Source of the DNA: Pirellulaceae bacterium
GTDB taxonomy: Bacteria; Planctomycetota; Planctomycetia; Pirellulales; Pirellulaceae
DNA: 64,000 bases
Assembly: GCA_041749955.1 (NCBI GenBank)
Contig: JBGTAI010000146.1
Span: forward strand, 7,751-71,750
Reading direction: 5' to 3'
Shown: piece after piece, positions 62,155 through 64,000 of the stretch
Position numbering within the stretch: position 1 is the first letter of the stretch
Layout of the letters: each line of letters starts with the position of its first letter
Position numbers and translations under genes: made by a program
The notes under the pieces: model-generated
What the model was told of the DNA's origin: nothing
The model's input: the letters and a program-made list of their open reading frames with translations, nothing else
Databases searched by the model: none

Positions 62155-64000
62155 CTACTCTTTGCTGTCTTGGTTAGAATCCGATTTCGACTTCTCTTCG
62201 CCCATCAAATCGCTCAGATCAGCAAACCAATCGTCGTCGTCCATCGGCGCGGCTGACGGGGCATCCGATGGATTGATATCTTCGGAAGAGCCAATCACAT
62301 CATCGATCTGGTCCTCGTCGATGTCCCATTCGTCGACATCATCAAGACCTGCTACAGGTTCTAGAGCCGCACTAGGGGAATCAGCGTTGCTGTCCGTGTC
62401 GACGGGAAACACCAATTCACCGGTACTCGGGTCGGACGTCATCTGCAACGAGTCTTCATCCGGTGAAAACGACTCTTCACCGCGAAGCATCCGAATCTCA
62501 GGGTGAACGGTAACTGATTCAGATTCATCGCCCATCAAGTCGCCAACATCCAACGGCTCTGATTCCAATTCGGCTTCAATCTTCTCAGCATCTAAACCGA
62601 CGAGTTCCGCGGCGTAGTCACCGAGCACGACGTCATCGAGCGGCAGTGCTTTCACCTCGTCATCATTGGGGACGGAATCGAGATCGAGCGTGTCTTCCAA
62701 GACGGGCGTTTCAGGCACATCATCGGGTGCATCGACTGGCCACATTGTCTCTTCGATTGCAGGCCATTTTGCCTCATCAACATCGACTTCTTCTTCGATG
62801 ATCGTTTCAAAGGCGCCGAACGTGTCAGCACCAGAATCAAGATCGTCACTGAGATCTCCCGCCGACGCGATGCCAATCGGCTCGGTCTTGCCCAAGTCGA
62901 CGGTATCTTCGAGAGATACCAAGTCCTTTGGTGATTCAACCTCCTCGATTGCGTCGAGTGTCTCACCTAAAAAGTCATCGTCGCTGAGACTCTCGACCAC
63001 AGTCTCCATGGCCCCCGGAATCATTTCTTCCGAATCAAGATCAAGCGGATCCGCATCGATGACCACGTCATCCGCGAGTTCCACGTCATCTGAAAAGTCA
63101 TCTGGGATCAACGTCTCAAACGAACTTGCAGAGTCCTCGACCGAGTCCACAGCAAACTCTTCGACGTCACCAACGGTCTCGATCTCCGACGCAGGAGGCA
63201 CAAAATCGGTCGCTGCGTCGTCCTCAAGTTCGCTGCCAGGTTCGATCATCAACGTTGCGAAATCGTTATCTTCTGCGATGTCGACATCATCGACGTTGCC
63301 TTCGCTGTTGGAGGATTCGCCTGCATCCAATTCTTCAATGACTGTCGCAGCGTCCGAGAAAGTCTCGTTATCGTCAAACAGAGTGGATTGCACATCATCA
63401 ACCAGTTCGACTTCATCGACTTCACTTACGTCGCCGAATTCCGGCTCCAAAAACTGCTGCGCGGCAAGGGCAACACCTGCAACGCCCGTTGCCGCAGCGG
63501 CGTTTGACAGCTTGGTGGGCTCACCAAAGGCCTCGAGCGTGTCGACACCAACTTGCTCCGCCGCCGGCCGAATTCTGGAAGTGTCCGGTCGCGGGAAAAT
63601 TTCGTCGACATTTGTGCGAAGCACTTGGCGGCCCAACTCGACGGCGCGTTCTTCGCTCCAACCGTTGGCCTGGACAAAGTTGTTCGCAAGCAAGTTGGCG
63701 AGGGTCCGCCGATACATATCGAATTTGGGCCACACGAATTCGAGCTTGTACGCGTCGCTGTAATAAGCGATCTGTTTCGTTTGTGGGACGGCCTCCAAAC
63801 GGACAGCGGCGTCGCGAGCGATAAAGGACGGCGTGTTGCTGTACCACCAGTGTCCGTTGGTGATGACGTTCGGAAAAATCCAAGCGTAGCTAACGAGTTC
63901 CTGGTTGGTGACGCTTGCGAGCACCGAGATCGGGAACTTCACGTCGGGAAAGGCGTTGAACAATTCGCGATATTGGATCAGCGATACACGGCTGTCGTAG
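62155..64000 (-). CDS. Glucuronate (uronate) isomerase-like protein, 5'-truncated by the window edge, with a polyacidic C-terminal tail of about 480 aa
   Basis: The frame is open to base 64000. NGHWWYSNTPSFI...YYSDAYKLEFVWPKFDMYRRTLANLLANNF resembles the UxaC C-terminal region (G.WWF...DSRSFLSY.RHEYFRRILCNLL). From about 63591 down to 62158 the protein is Asp/Glu-rich low-complexity sequence. Confidence 0.6.
   Translation of the reverse strand, partial: YDSRVSLIQYRELFNAFPDVKFPISVLASVTNQELVSYAWIFPNVITNGHWWYSNTPSFIARDAAVRLEAVPQTKQIAYYSDAYKLEFVWPKFDMYRRTLANLLANNFVQANGWSEERAVELGRQVLRTNVDEIFPRPDTSRIRPAAEQVGVDTLEAFGEPTKLSNAAAATGVAGVALAAQQFLEPEFGDVSEVDEVELVDDVQSTLFDDNETFSDAATVIEELDAGESSNSEGNVDDVDIAEDNDFATLMIEPGSELEDDAATDFVPPASEIETVGDVEEFAVDSVEDSASSFETLIPDDFSDDVELADDVVIDADPLDLDSEEMIPGAMETVVESLSDDDFLGETLDAIEEVESPKDLVSLEDTVDLGKTEPIGIASAGDLSDDLDSGADTFGAFETIIEEEVDVDEAKWPAIEETMWPVDAPDDVPETPVLEDTLDLDSVPNDDEVKALPLDDVVLGDYAAELVGLDAEKIEAELESEPLDVGDLMGDESESVTVHPEIRMLRGEESFSPDEDSLQMTSDPSTGELVFPVDTDSNADSPSAALEPVAGLDDVDEWDIDEDQIDDVIGSSEDINPSDAPSAAPMDDDDWFADLSDLMGEEKSKSDSNQDSKE

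Noticed and set aside
62666-63763. 365-aa Ser-rich + strand ORF
   Set aside because: It is the mirror image of the Asp/Glu-rich tail on the minus strand (GAN codons read as NTC on the other strand). The minus-strand frame continues into a recognisable enzyme domain.

Overview
This 64-kb chromosomal segment looks like a Planctomycetota genome, probably Pirellulaceae or Rhodopirellula-like. The evidence is a DUF1549/DUF1553 + DUF1501 gene pair behind an ECF sigma/anti-sigma module, a formylglycine-type sulfatase, and giant dockerin-bearing secreted proteins. I support about 38 protein-coding genes. I recognised no rRNA, tRNA, CRISPR array, transposase or integrase, but that scan was by eye only. 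Housekeeping genes are priA, nadD, glnB-glnD, pyk, glyQS, leuA, a PduO-type adenosyltransferase, a ROK kinase, an SDR, a Nudix hydrolase and fliP-fliQ-fliR-flhB. The dominant feature is a co-directional 23.8-kb minus-strand locus (25991-49823, 37% of the window). It encodes three extracellular proteins of 1515 aa, about 870 aa and 5414 aa. All three carry paired dockerin-type repeats and the same unusual, non-hydrophobic N-terminal leader (basic stretch followed by L-E-x-R-x-L-L-A-G). I consider this locus the best candidate for an undescribed secretion, sorting and surface-assembly system. Other notable items are: a class II photolyase fused to a COG3380-like FAD oxidoreductase; a uronate-isomerase-like protein with a roughly 480-aa polyacidic tail; a transglutaminase-like lipoprotein whose catalytic Cys appears replaced by Ser; a secreted Cys/His-rich protein behind a structured leader; an sRNA-like structured stretch before a terminator; and short DNA motifs shared by the upstream regions of two of the giant genes. 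All family assignments come from motif recognition by eye, and no database search was run.
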